From positions 26,164,001 through 26,228,000 of the forward strand of contig OZ024740.1 of assembly GCA_964016885.1 (NCBI GenBank): a stretch of DNA of 64,000 bases, given 5' to 3'. Position numbers and translations under genes: made by a program. The notes beneath the pieces were generated by a model, which saw nothing but the letters and a program-made list of their open reading frames with translations, ran no database searches and was not told where the DNA came from. The DNA is from Eledone cirrhosa. Lineage: Eukaryota. Positions 35,801-50,200 of this stretch are shown here, in pieces (position 1 is the stretch's first letter; every line of letters starts with the position of its first letter).

Positions 35801-37700
35801 TTGAGATGAGGTAGGTAGTAGTGGTTGTTATGATGATTGTTAAATGAGGTAGTTAGTGGTGGTTGTTATGGTGATTGTTAAGATGAGCTAGGTAGTGGTG
35901 GTTGTTATGGTGATTGTTAAGATGAGATAGTTAGTGGTGGTTGTTATGGTGATTGTTAAGATGAGGTATCTAGTGGTGTTTGTTATGGTGATTGTTAAGA
36001 TGAGGTAGTTAGTGGTGGTTCTTATGGTCGTTGTTAAGATGAGGTAGTGGGTGGTGGTTGCTATGGTGATTGTTATGATGCGGAAGGTAGTGGTGGTTGT
36101 TATGGTGATTGTTAAGATGAGGTAGGTAGTGATGGTTGTTATGGTGATTGTTAAGATGAGGTAGGTAGTGGTGGTTGTTATGGTGATTGTGAAAATAAGG
36201 TATCTAGTGGTGTATGTTATGGTGATTGTTAAGATGAGGTAGTTAGTGGTGGTTCTTATGGTGATTGTTAAGATGAGGTAGTTAGTGGTGGTTGCTATCG
36301 CGATCGTTATGATGCGGTAGGTAGTGATGGTTGTTATGGTGATTGTTAAGATGAGGTAGGTAGTGATGGTTGTTATGGTGATTGTTAAGATGAGGTAGGT
36401 AGTGGTGGTTGTTATGGTGATTGTGAAAATAAGGTATCTAGTGTTGTTTGTTATGGTGATTGTTAAGATGAGGTAGTTAGTGGTGGTTGCTATGGTGATT
36501 GTTATGATGCGGTAGGTAGTGGTGGTTGTTATGGTGATTGTTAATATGAGGTAGGTAGTGATTGTTGTTATGGTGATTGTTAAGATGAGGTAGGTAGTGG
36601 TGGTTGTTATGGTGATTGTTAAGATGAGGTAGGTAGTGGTGGTTGTTATCGTGATTGTTAAGATAAGGTATGTAGTGGTGGTTGTTATTGTGATTGATAA
36701 GATAAGGTAGGTTGTGTTGGTTGTTATGGTGATTGTTAAGATAAGGAAGGTAGTGGTGATTGTTATGATGATTGTTAAATTGAGGTAGGTAGTGTGGGTC
36801 GTTATGGTGATTGTTAAGATGAGGTAGGTAGTAGTTGTTGTTATGGTGATTGTTAAGATGAGGTGGGTAGTGGTAGTTGTTATGGTGAGTGTGAAGATAA
36901 TGTATGTAGTGGTGGTTGTTATGGTGATTGTTAAGATGAGGTAGGTAGTGGTGTTGTTATGATGATTGTTAAGATGAGGTTTGTAGTGGTGGTTGTTATT
37001 GTGATTGTTAAGATGAGGTAGGTAGTGGGGGTTGTTATGGTGAATGTTAAGATCAGGTAGGTAGTGGGGCTTATTATGGTGATTGTTAAGATGGGGTAGG
37101 TATTGGTGGTTGTTATGGTGATTGTTAAGATAAGGTAGGTAGTGGTAGTTGTTATGGTGATTGTTAAGATAAGGTAGGTAGTGGTGGTCGTTATGGTGAT
37201 TGTTAAGATGAGGTAGGTAGTGGTGCTTGTTATGGTGATAGATAAGATAAGGTAGGTAGTGGTAGTTGTTATGTTGACTGTGAAGATGAGGTAGGTATTG
37301 GGGGTCGGTATGGTGATTGTTAAGATAAGGTAGGTTGTTGTGGTTGTTATGGTGATTGTGAAGATGAGGTAGGTAGTGGTGGTTGTTATGGTGATTGTTA
37401 AGATAAGGTAGGTAGTGGTGGTTGTTATGGTGATTGTATATATCAGGTAGTTAGTGGTGGTTGTTATGGTGATTGTTAAGATGAGGTTGGTAGTGGTGGT
37501 TCTTATGTGGATTGTTAAGATGAGGTAGTTAGTGCTGGTTGTTATGGTGATTGATAAGATGAGGTAGGTAGTGGTGGTTGTTATGGTTATTGTTAATATG
37601 AGGTAGGTAGTGATGGTCGTTATGGTGATTGTTTAGATGAGGTAGGTAGTGATGGTTGTTATGGTGATTTTTAAGATGAGATAGGTAGTGGTGGTAGTTA
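29900..37700 (+). repeat. Higher-order duplication, offset 4122 bp (approximate boundaries)
   Basis: ORF pairs 30079/34201 and 31081/35203 and marker CGCGATCG 32177/36299 are all offset by 4122. The copies differ by several substitutions and, further right, by whole-monomer indels. Confidence 0.85.
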
Positions 37701-38243
37701 TGATGATTGTTTAGATGAGGTAAGTAGTGGAGGTTGTTATGGTGATTGTTAAGATGAGGTAGATAGTGGTGGTTGTTATGGTGATTGTTAAGATGAGGTA
37801 GGTAGTGGTGGTTGCTATGGTGATTGTTAAGATAAGGTCAGTAGTGGTGGTTGTTATGGTGACTTTTAAGATGAGATAGGTAGTGGTGGTTGTTATGATG
37901 ATTGTTTAGATGAGGTAAGTAGTGGAGGTTGTTATGGTGATTGTTAAGATGAGGTAGATAGTGGTGGTTGTTATGGTGATTGTTAAGATGAGGTAGGTAG
38001 TGGTGGTTGTTATGGTGATTGTGAAAATAAGGTATGTAGTGGTGGTTGTTATGGTGATTAATAAGATGAGGTAGGTACTGGTGGTTGTTAGGGTAATAGA
38101 TGAGATGAGGTAGGTAGTGGTGGTTGTTATGATGATTGTTAAGATGAGGTAGGTAGTGGTGGTTGTTATGGTGATTGTGAACATAAGGTATCTAGTGGTG
38201 TTTGTTATGGTGATTGTTAAGATGACGTAGTTAGTGGTGGTTC

Positions 38244-41200
38244 TTATGGTGATTGTTAAGATGAGGTAGTTAGTGGTGGTTGCTATGGTGATTGTTATGA
38301 TGCGGTAGGTAGTGGTGGTTGTTATGGTGATTGTTAAGATGAGGTAGGTAATGATGGTTGTTATGGTGATTGTTAAGATGAGGTAGGTAGTGGTGGTTGT
38401 TATGGTGATTGTTAAGATGAGGTAGGTAGTGGTAGTTGTTATGGTGACTGTGAAGATAATGTAGGTAGTGGTGGTTGTTATGGTGATTGTTAAGATGAGG
38501 TAGGTAGTGTTGATGTTATGATGATTGTTAAGATGAGGTTTGTAGTGGTTGTTGTTATTGTGATTGTTAAGATGAGGTATGTAGTGGGTGTTGTTATGGT
38601 GATTGTTAAGATGGGGTAGGTATTGGTGGTTGTTATGGTGATTGTTAAGATTAAGGTAGGTAGTAGTGGTTGTTATGGTGATTGTTAAGATAAGGTAGGT
38701 AGTGGTGGTCGTTATGGTGATTGTTAAGATGAGGTAGGTAGTGGTGGTTCTTATGGTGATTGTTAAGATGAGGTAGTTAGTGCTGGTTGTTATGGTGATT
38801 GATAAGATGAGGCAGGTAGTGGTGGTTGTTATGGTGATTGATAAGATGAGGTAGGTATTGGTGGTTGTTATGGTGATTGTTAAGATAAGGTAGGTAGTGG
38901 TGGTTGTTATGGTGATTGTTAAGATAATGTAGGTTGTGGTGGTTGTTATGGTGATTGTTAAGATAAGATAAGTATGATGGTTGTTATGGTGATTGTAAAG
39001 ATAAGGTAGGTAGTGGTGGTTGTTATGGTGATTGTTAAGATAAGGTAGGTAGTGGTTGTTGTTATGGTGATTGTTAAGATGAGGTAGGTAGTGGTGGTTG
39101 TTATGGTGATTGTTAAGATGGGGTAGCTATTGGTGGTTGTTATGGTGATTGTTAAGATAAGGTAGGTAGTGGTGGTTGTTATGGTTGTTGTTAAGATGAG
39201 ATAGGTAGTGGTGGTTGTTATGATGATTGTTTAGATGACGTAAGTAGTGGAGGTTATTATGGTAATTGTTAAGATGAGGTAGGTAGTGATGGTTTTTGTG
39301 GTGATTGATAAGATGAGGTAGGAAGTGGTGGTTGTTATGGTAACTGTGAAGATAAGGTAAGTACGGTGGTTGTTATGGATTGTTAAGATAAGGTAGGTAG
39401 TGGTGGTTGTTATGGTGATTGATAAGATGAGGTAGGTATTGGTGGTTGTTATGGTGATTGATAAGATAAGGTAGGTAGTGGTGGTTGTTATGGTGATTGT
39501 TAAGATAATGTAGGTTGTGGTGGTTGTTATGGTGATTGTTAAGATAAGATAAGTATGATGGTTGTTATGGTGATTGTAAAGTTAAGGTAGGTAGTGGTGG
39601 TTGTTATGGTGATTGTTAAGATAAGGTAGGTAGTGGTTGTTGTTATGGTGATTGTTAAGATGAGGTAGGTAGTGGTGGTTGTTATGGTGATTGTTAAGAT
39701 GGGGTAGCTATTAGTGGTTGTAATGGTGATTTTTAAGATAAGGTAGGTAGTGGTGGTTGTTATGGTTGTTGTTAAGATGAGATAGGTAGTGGTGGTTGTT
39801 ATGATGATTGTTTAGATGACGTAAGTAGTGGAGGTTATTATGGTGATTGTTAAGATGAGGTAGATAGTGGTGGTTGTTATGGTGATTGTTAAGATGAGGT
39901 ATGTAGTGGTGGTTGTTATGGTGATTGTGAAAATATGGTAGGTAGTGGTGGTTGTTAGGGTGATTGATAATATGAGGTAGGTTGTGGTGGTTGTTATAGT
40001 GATTTTTAAGATGAGGTAGGTAGTGGTGATTGTTATGGTGATTGTTAAGATAGGTAGGTAGTGGTGGTTGTTATGGTGATTGTTAAGATGAGGCAGGTAG
40101 TGTTGGTTGTTATGGTGATTGTTAAAATGAGGTAGGTAGTGTCGGTTGGTATGGTGATTGATAAGATGAGGTAGGTAGTGGTGGTTGTTATGATGATTGT
40201 TAAGATGAGGTAGGTAGTGGTGATTGTTAAGATGAGGTAGTTAGTGGCAGTTGTTATGGTGATTGTTAAGATGAGGTAGCTAGTGGTGGTTGTTATGGTT
40301 ATTGTAAATATGAGCTAGTTAGTGATGGTTGTTGTGGTGATTGATATGATGAGGTAGGTAGTGGTGATTGTTATGATGATTGTTAACATGAGGTAGGTAG
40401 TAGTTTTCGTTATGGTGATTGTTAAGGTGAGGTAGGTAGTAGTTGTTGTTATGGTGATTGTTACGATAAGGTAGGTAGTGGTGGTAGTTATGGTGATTGT
40501 TAAGATGAGGTAGGTAGTGGTAGTTGTTATGGTGACTGTGAAGATAATGTAGCTAGTGGTGGTTGTTATGGTGATTGATAAGATGAGGTAGGAATTGATG
40601 GTTGTTATGGTGACTGTGAAGATAAGGTAAGTACGGTGGTTGTTATGGATTGTTAAGATAAGGTAGGTAGTGGTGTTTATGGTGATTGACAAGATGAGGT
40701 AGGTAGTGGTGATTGTTAAAATGAGGTAGGTAGTGGCGGTTGGTATGGTGATTGATAAGATGAGCTAGGTAGTGGTGGTGGTTATGGTGATTGTTAAGAT
40801 GAGGTAGTTAGTGGTGGTTGTTATAGTGATTGTTAAGATGTGATAGGTAATGGTGGTTTTTATGGTGATTGATAAGATGAGGTAGGTAGTGGTGGTTGTT
40901 ATAATGATTGTTAAGATGAGGTAGGTAGTGGTGATTGTTAAGATGTGGTAGTTAGTGGCGGTTGTTATGGTGATTGTTAAGATGAGGTAGCTAGTGGTGG
41001 TTGTTATGGTTATTGTAAATATGAGGTAGTTAGTGATGGTTGTTGTGGTGATTGTTAAGATAATGTAGGTAGTGGTGGTTGTTATGGTGATTGTTAAGAT
41101 GAGGTAGGTAGTGGTGGTTGTTATGGTGATTGATAAGTAGAGGTAGGTAGTGGTAGTTGTTATGGTGATTGTTAAGATGGAGTAGGTATTGGTGGTTGTT

Positions 41201-44200
41201 ATGGTGATTGTGAAGATAAGGTAGGTAGTGGTGGTTGTTATGGTGATTGTTAAAATGAGGTAGGTAGTGGCGGTTGGTATGGTGATTGATAAGATGAGCT
41301 AGGTAGTGGTGGTTGTTATGGTGATTGTTAAGATGACGTAGTTAGTGGTGGTTGTTATAGTGATTGTTAAGATGTGATAGGTAATGGTGGTTTTTATGGT
41401 GATTGATAAGATGAGGTAGGTAGTGGTGGTTGTTATAATGATTGTTAAGATGAGGTAGGTAGTGGTGATTGTTAAGATGAGGTAGCTAGTGGTGGTTGTT
41501 ATGGTTATTGTAAATATGAGGTAGTTAGTGATGGTTGTTGTGGTGATTGTTAAGATAATGTAGGTAGTGGTGGTTGTTATGGTGATTGTTAAGATGAGGT
41601 AGGTAGTGGTGGTTGTTATGGTGATTGATAAGTAGAGGTAGGTAGTGGTAGTTGTTATGGTGATTGTTAAGATGGAGTAGGTATTGGTGGTTGTTATGGT
41701 GATTGTTAAGATAAGGTAGGTAGTGGTGGTTATTATGGTGATTGTTAAGATGAGGTTGATAGTGGTGGTTGTTATGGTGATTGTTAAGATGAGGTAGGTA
41801 GTGGTGGTTGTTATGGTGATTGTTAAGATGAGGTTTGTAGTGGTGGTTGTTATTGTGATTGTTAAGATGAGGTAGGTAGTGGTGGTTGTTATGGTGAATG
41901 TTAAGATCAGGTAGGTAGTGGGGCTTGTTATGGTGATTGTTAAGATGGGGTAGGTATTGGTGGTTGTTATGGTGATAGATAAGATAAGGTAGGTAGTGGT
42001 AGTTGTTATGGTGACTGTGAAGATGAGGTAGGTAGTGGGGGTCGGTATGTTGATTGTTAAGATATGGTAGGTAGTGGTGGTTGTTAGTGCGATTAGTAAG
42101 ATGAGGTAGGTAGTGGCGGTTGTTATGGTGATTGTTAAGATGTGGTAGGTATTGGTGGTTGTTATGGTGATTGTATATATCAGGTAGTTAGTGGTGGTTG
42201 TTATGGTGATTGTTAAGATGAGGTAGGTAGTGGTGGTTCTTATGTGGATTGTTAAGATGAGGTAGTTAGTGCTGGTTGTTATGGTGATTGATAAGATGAG
42301 GTAGGTAGTGGTGGTTGTTATGGTTATTGTTAATATGAGGTAGGTAGTGACGGTTGTTATGGTGATTGTTTAGATGAGGTAGGTAGTGGTGGTTGTTATG
42401 GTGATTTTTAAGATGAGATAGGTAGTGGTGGTTGTTATGATGATTGTTTAGATGAGGTAAGTAGTGGAGGTAGTTATGGTGATTGTTAAGATGAGGTAGA
42501 TAGTGGTGGTTGTTATGGTGATTGTTAAGATGAGGTAGGTAGTGGTGGTTGTTATGGTGATTGTTAAGATAAGGTATGTAGTGGTGGTTGTTATGGTGAT
42601 TGTTAAGACGAGCTAGGTAGTGGTGGTTGTTATGGTGATTGTTAAGATGAGGTAGGTAGTGGTGGTTGTTTTGATGATTGTTAAGATGAGGTAGGTAATG
42701 GTGGTTCTTATGGTGATTGTTAACATGTGGTAGGTAGTGGTGGTTGTTATGGTGATTGATAAATTGAGGTAGGTAGTGGGGCTTGTTATGGTCATTGTTA
42801 AGATGAGGTAGGTAGTGGTGGTTTTTATGGTGATTGTTAAGATGAGGTAGGTAGTGATGGTTGTTATGGTGATTGATAAGATGAGGTAGGTAGTGGTGGT
42901 TGTTATCGTGATTGATAAGATGAGTTAGGTAGCGGTGGTTCTTATTGTGATTGTTAATATGAGGTAGTTAGTTCTGGTTGTAATGGTGATTGTTAAGATG
43001 AGGTAGTTAGTGGTGGTTGTAATGGTGATTGTTAAGATGAGGTAGGTAGTGGTGGTTGTTATGGTGATTTTTAAGATGAGGTAGGTAGTGGTGGTTGTTA
43101 TGGTGATTGTTAAGATGAGGTAGGTAGTGGTGGTTGTTATGGTGATTGTTAAGATAAGGTAGGTATTGGTGGTTGTTATGTTGATTGTTAAGATGTGGTA
43201 AGTAGTGGTGGCTGTTATGGTGATTGTGAAAATAAGGTATGTAGTGGTAGTTGTTATGGTGATTGTTAAGATGAGGTAGGTAGTGGGTGTTGTTATGGTG
43301 ATTTTTCAGATGAGGTAAGTAGTGGTGGTTGTTATGGTGATTGTGAAAATAAGGTATGTAGTGTCGTTGTTATGGTGATTTTTAAGATGAGGTAGGTAGT
43401 GGTGGTTGTAATGGTGATTGTTAAGATGAGGTAGGTAGTGGTGGTTTTTATGGTGATTGTTAAGATGAGGTAGGTAGTGATGGTTGTTATGGTGATTGAT
43501 AAGATGAGGTAGGTAGTGGGAGTTGTTATGGTGATTGATAAGATGAGTTAGGTAGCGGTGGTTCTTATTGTGATTGTTAACATGAGGTAGTTAGTGCTGG
43601 TTGTAATGGTGATTGTTAAGATGAGGTAGTTAGTGGTGGTTTTATGGTGATTGTTAAGATGAGGTAGGTAGTGGTGTTTGTTATGGTGATTGTTAAGATG
43701 AGGTAGGTAGTGGTTGTTGTTATGATGATTGTTAAGATGAGGTAGTTAGTGGTGGTTTTTTATGGTGATTGTTAAGATAAGGTAGAAAGTCGTGGTTGTT
43801 ATGGTGATTGTGATGATATGATAGGTAGGGTTGGTTGTTATGGTGATTTTTTAAGATAAGGTTGCTAGTGGAGGTAGTTATGGTGATTGTTAAGATGAGG
43901 TAGATAGTGGTGGTTGTTATGGTGATTGTTAAGATAAGTTAGGTAGTGGTGGTTGTTATGGTGATTGTTAAGCTGAGGTAGGTAGTGGTGGTTGTTATGG
44001 TGATTGTTAAGATAAGAGAGGTAGTGGTGGTTGTTATGGTGATTGTTAAGATGAGGTAGTTAGTGGTGGTTGCTATGGTGATTGTTATGATGCGGTAGGT
44101 AGTGGTGGTTGTTATGGTGATTGTTAAGATGAGGTAGGTAATGATGGTTGTTATGGTGATTGTTAAGATGAGGTAGGTAGTGGTGGTTGTTATGGTGATT

Positions 44201-47200
44201 GTTAAGATGAGGTAGGTAGTGGTAGTTGTTATGGTGACTGTGAAGATAATGTAGGTAGTGGTGGTTGTTATGGTGATTGTTAAGATGAGGTAGGTAGTGT
44301 TGATGTTATGATGATTGTTAAGATGAGGTTTGTAGTGGTTGTTGTTATTGTGATTGTTAAGATGAGGTATGTAGTGGGTGTTGTTATGGTGATTGTTAAG
44401 ATGGGGTAGGTATTGGTGGTTGTTATGGTGATTGTTAAGATTAAGGTAGGTAGTAGTGGTTGTTATGGTGATTGTTAAGATAAGGTAGGTAGTGGTGGTC
44501 GTTATGGTGATTGTTAAGATGAGGTAGGTAGTGGTGGTTCTTATGGTGATTGTTAAGATGAGGTAGGTATTGGTGGTTGTTATGGTGATTGTTAAGATAA
44601 GGTAGGTAGTGGTGGTTGTTATGGTGATTGTTAAGATAATGTAGGTTGTGGTGGTTGTTATGGTGATTGTTAAGATAAGATAAGTATGATGGTTGTTATG
44701 GTGATTGTAAAGATAAGGTAGGTAGTGGTGGTTGTTATGGTGATTGTTAAGATAAGGTAGGTAGTGGTTGTTGTTATGGTGATTGTTAAGATGAGGTAGG
44801 TAGTGGTGGTTGTTATGGTGATTGTTAAGATGGGGTAGCTATTGGTGGTTGTTATGGTGATTGTTAAGATAAGGTAGGTAGTGGTGGTTGTTATGGTTGT
44901 TGTTAAGATGAGATAGGTAGTGGTGGTTGTTATGATGATTGTTTAGATGACGTAAGTAGTGGGGGTTATTATGGTGATTGTTAAGATGAGGTAGGTAGTG
45001 ATGGTTTTTGTGGTGATTGATAAGATGAGGTAGGAAGCGGTGGTTGTTATGGTAACTGTGAAGATAAGGTAAGTACGGTGGTTGTTATGGATTGTTAAGA
45101 TAAGGTAGGTAGTGGTGGTTGTTATGGTGATTGATAAGATGAGGTAGGTATTGGTGGTTGTTATGGTGATTGTTAAGATAAGGTAGGTAGTGGTGGTTGT
45201 TATGGTGATTGTTAAGATAATGTAGGTTGTGGTGGTTGTTATGGTGATTGTTAAGATAAGATAAGTATGATGGTTGTTATGGTGATTGTAAAGTTAAGGT
45301 AGGTAGTGGTGGTTGTTATGGTGATTGTTAAGATAAGGTAGGTAGTGGTTGTTGTTATGGTGATTGTTAAGATGAGGTAGGTAGTGGTGGTTGTTATGGT
45401 GATTGTTAAGATGGGGTAGCTATTAGTGGTTGTAATGGTGATTGTTAAGATAAGGTAGGTAGTGGTGGTTGTTATGGTTGTTGTTAAGATGAGATAGGTA
45501 GTGGTGGTTGTTATGATGATTGTTTAGATGACGTAAGTAGTGGAGGTTATTATGGTGATTGTTAAGATGAGGTAGATAGTGGTGGTTGTTATGGTGATTG
45601 TTAAGATGAGGTATGTAGTGGTGGTTGTTATGGTGATTGTGAAAATATGGTAGTTAGTGGTGGTTGTTAGGGTGATTGATAATATGAGGTAGGTTGTGGT
45701 GGTTGTTATAGTGATTTTTAAGATGAGGTAGGTAGTGGTGATTGTTATGGTGATTGTTAAGATAGGTAGGTAGTGGTGGTTGTTATGGTGATTGTTAAGA
45801 TGAGGCAGGTAGTGTTGGTTGTTATGGTGATTGTTAAAATGAGGTAGGTAGTGTCGGTTGGTATGGTGATTGATAAGATGAGGTAGGTAGTGGTGGTTGT
45901 TATGATGATTGTTAAGATGAGGTAGGTAGTGGTGATTGTTAAGATGAGGTAGTTAGTGGCGGTTGTTATGGTGATTGTTAAGATGAGGTAGCTAGTGGTG
46001 GTTGTTATGGTTATTGTAAATATGAGCTAGTTAGTGATGGTTGTTGTGGTGATTGATATGATGAGGTAGGTAGTGGTGATTGTTATGATGATTGTTAACA
46101 TGAGGTAGGTAGTAGTGGTCGTTATGGTGATTGTTAAGGTGAGGTAGGTAGTAGTTGTTGTTATGTTGATTGTTACGATAAGGTAGGTAGTGGTGGTAGT
46201 TATGGTGATTGTTAAGATGAGGTAGGTAGTGGTAGTTGTTATGGTGACTGTGAAGATAATGTAGCTAGTGGTGGTTGTTATGGTGATTGATAAGATGAGG
46301 TAGGAATTGATGGTTGTTATGGTGACTGTGAAGATAAGGTAAGTACGGTGGTTGTTATGGATTGTTAAGATAAGGTAGGTAGTGGTGTTTATGGTGATTG
46401 ACAAGATGAGGTAGGTAGTGGTGATTGTTAAAATGAGGTAGATAGTGGTGGTTGTTATAGTGATTGTTAAGATGTGATAGGTAATGGTGGTTTTTATGGT
46501 GATTGATAAGATGAGGTAGGTAGTGGTGGTTGTTATAATGATTGTTAAGATGAGGTATGTAGTGGTGATTGTTAAGATGAGGTAGTTAGTGGTGGTTGTT
46601 ATGGTTATTGTAAATATGAGGTAGTTAGTGATGGTTGTTGTGGTGATTGTTAAGATAATGTAGGTAGTGGTGGTTGTTATGGTGATTGTTAAGATGAGGT
46701 AGGTAGTGGTGGTTGTTATGGTGATTGATAAGTAGAGGTAGGTAGTGGTAGTTGTTATGGTGATTGTTAAGATGGAGTAGGTATTGGTGGTTGTTATGGT
46801 GATTGTGAAGATAAGGTAGGTAGTGGTGGTTGTTATGGTGATTGTTAAAATGAGGTAGGTAGTGGCGGTTGGTATGGTGATTGATAAGATGAGCTAGGTA
46901 GTGGTGGTTGTTATGGTGATTGTTAAGATGACGTAGTTAGTGGTGGTTGTTATAGTGATTGTTAAGATGTGATAGGTAATGGTGGTTTTTATGGTGATTG
47001 ATAAGATGAGGTAGGTAGTGGTGGTTGTTATAATGATTGTTAAGATGAGGTAGGTAGTGGTGATTGTTAAGATGAGGTAGCTAGTGGTGGTTGTTATGGT
47101 TATTGTAAATATGAGGTAGTTAGTGATGGTTGTTGTGGTGATTGTTAAGATAATGTAGGTAGTGGTGGTTGTTATGGTGATTGTTAAGATGAGGTAGGTA

Positions 47201-50200
47201 GTGGTGGTTGTTATGGTGATTGATAAGTAGAGGTAGGTAGTGGTAGTTGTTATGGTGATTGTTAAGATGGAGTAGGTATTGGTGGTTGTTATGGTGATTG
47301 TTAAGATAAGGTAGGTAGTGGTGGTTGTTATGGTGATTGTTAAGATGAGGTTGATAGTGGTGGTTGTTATGGTGATTGTTAAGATGAGGTAGGTAGTGGT
47401 GGTTGTTATGGTGATTGTTAAGATGAGGTTTGTAGTGGTGGTTGTTATTGTGATTGTTAAGATGAGGTAGGTAGTGGTGGTTGTTATGGTGAATGTTAAG
47501 ATCAGGTAGGTAGTGGGGCTTGTTATGGTGATTGTTAAGATGGGGTAGGTATTGGTGGTTGTTATGGTGATAGATAAGATAAGGTAGGTAGTGGTAGTTG
47601 TTATGGTGACTGTGAAGATGAGGTAGGTAGTGGGGGTCGGTATGTTGATTGTTAAGATAAGGTAGGTAGTGGTGGTTGTTAGTGCGATTAGTAAGATAAG
47701 GTAGGTAGTGGCGGTTGTTATGGTGATTGTTAAGATGTGGTAGGTATTGGTGGTTGTTATGGTGATTGTATATATCAGGTAGTTAGTGGTGGTTGTTATG
47801 CTGATTGTTAAGATGAGGTAGGTAGTGGTGGTTCTTATGTGGATTGTTAAGATGAGGTAGTTAGTGCTGGTTGTTATGGTGATTGATAAGATGAGGTAGG
47901 TAGTGGTGGTTGTTATGGTTATTGTTAATATGAGGTAGGTAGTGATGGTTGTTATGGTGATTGTTTAGATGAGGTAGGTAGTGGTGGTTGTTATGGTGAT
48001 TTTTAAGATGAGATAGGTAGTGGTGGTTGTTATGATGATTGTTTAGATGAGGTTAGTAGTGGAGGTAGTTATGGTGATTGTTAAGATGAGGTAGATAGTG
48101 GTGGTTGTTATGGTGATTGTTAAGATGAGGTAGGTAGTGGTGGTTGTTATGGTGATTGTTAAGATAAGGTAGGTAGTGGTGGTTGTTTTGATGATTGTTA
48201 AGATGAGGTAGGTAATGGTGGTTCTTATGGTGATTGTTAACATGTGGTAGGTAGTGGTGGTTGTTATGGTGATTGATAAATTGAGGTAGGTAGTGGGGCT
48301 TGTTATGGTCATTGTTAAGATGAGGTAGGTAGTGGTGGTTTTTATGGTGATTGTTAAGATGAGGTAGGTAGTGATGGTTGTTATGGTGATTGATAAGATG
48401 AGGTAGGTAGTGGTGGTTGTTATCGTGATTGATAAGATGAGTTAGGTAGCGGTGGTTCTTATTGTGATTGTTAATATGAGGTAGTTAGTTCTGGTTGTAA
48501 TGGTGATTGTTAAGATGAGGTAGTTAGTGGTGGTTGTAATGGTGATTGTTAAGATGAGGTAGGTAGTGGTGGTTGTTATGGTGATTTTTAAGATGAGGTA
48601 GGTAGTGGTGGTTGTTATGGTGATTGTTAAGATGAGGTAGGTAGTGGTGGTTGTTATGGTGATTGTTAAGATAAGGTAGGTATTGGTGGTTGTTATGTTG
48701 ATTGTTAAGATGTGGTAAGTAGTGGTGGCTGTTATGGTGATTGTGAAAATAAGGTATGTAGTGGTAGTTGTTATGGTGATTGTTAAGATGAGGTAGGTAG
48801 TGGGTGTTGTTATGGTGATTTTTCAGATGAGGTAAGTAGTGGTGGTTGTTATGGTGATTTTTAAGATGAGGTAGGTAGTGGTGGTTGTAATGGTGATTGT
48901 TAAGATGAGGTAGGTAGTGGTGGTTTTTATGGTGATTGTTAAGATGAGGTAGGTAGTGATGGTTGTTATGGTGATTGATAAGATGAGGTAGGTAGTGGGG
49001 GTTGTTATGGTGATTGATAAGATGAGTTAGGTAGCGGTGGTTCTTATTGTGATTGTTAACATGAGGTAGTTAGTGCTGGTTGTAATGGTGATTGTTAAGA
49101 TGAGGTAGTTAGTGGTGGTTTTATGGTGATTGTTAAGATGAGGTAGGTAGTGGTGGTTGTTATGGTGATTGTTAAGATGAGGTAGGTAGTGGTTGTTGTT
49201 ATGATGATTGTTAAGATGAGGTAGTTAGTGGTGGTTTTTTATGGTGATTGTTAAGATAAGGTAGAAAGTCGTGGTTGTTATGGTGATTGTGATGATATGA
49301 TAGGTAGGGTTGGTTGTTATGGTGATTTTTTAAGATAAGGTAGCTAGTGGAGGTAGTTATGGTGATTGTTAAGATGAGGTAGATAGTGGTGGTTGTTATG
49401 GTGATTGTTAAGATAAGTTAGGTAGTGGTGGTTGTTATGGTGATTGTTAAGCTGAGGTAGGTAGTGGTGGTTGTTATGGTGATTGTTAAGATAAGAGAGG
49501 TAGTGGTGGTTGTTATGGTGATTGTTAAGATGAGGTAGTTAGTGGTGGTTGCTATGGTGATTGTTATGATGCGGTAGGTAGTGGTGGTTGTTATGGTGAT
49601 TGTTAAGATGAGGTAGGTAATGATGGTTGTTATGGTGATTGTTAAGATGAGGTAGGTAGTGGTGGTTGTTATGGTGATTGTTAAGATGAGGTAGGTAGTG
49701 GTAGTTGTTATGGTGACTGTGAAGATAATGTAGGTAGTGGTGGTTGTTATGGTGATTGTTAAGATGAGGTAGGTAGTGTTGATGTTATGATGATTGTTAA
49801 GATGAAGTTTGTAGTGGTTGTTGTTATTGTGATTGTTAAGATGAGGTATGTAGTGGGTGTTGTTATGGTGATTGTTAAGATGGGGTAGGTATTGGTGGTT
49901 GTTATGGTGATTGTTAAGATTAAGGTAGGTAGTAGTGGTTGTTATGGTGATTGTTAAGATAAGGTAGGTAGTGGTGGTCGTTATGGTGATTGTTAAGATG
50001 AGGTAGGTAGTGGTGGTTCTTATGGTGATTGTTAAGATGAGGTAGTTAGTGCTGGTTGTTATGGTGATTGATAAGATGAGGCAGGTAGTGGTGGTTGTTA
50101 TGGTGATTGATAAGATGAGGTAGGTATTGGTGGTTGTTATGGTGATTGTTAAGATAAGGTAGGTAGTGGTGGTTGTTATGGTGATTGTTAAGATAATGTA

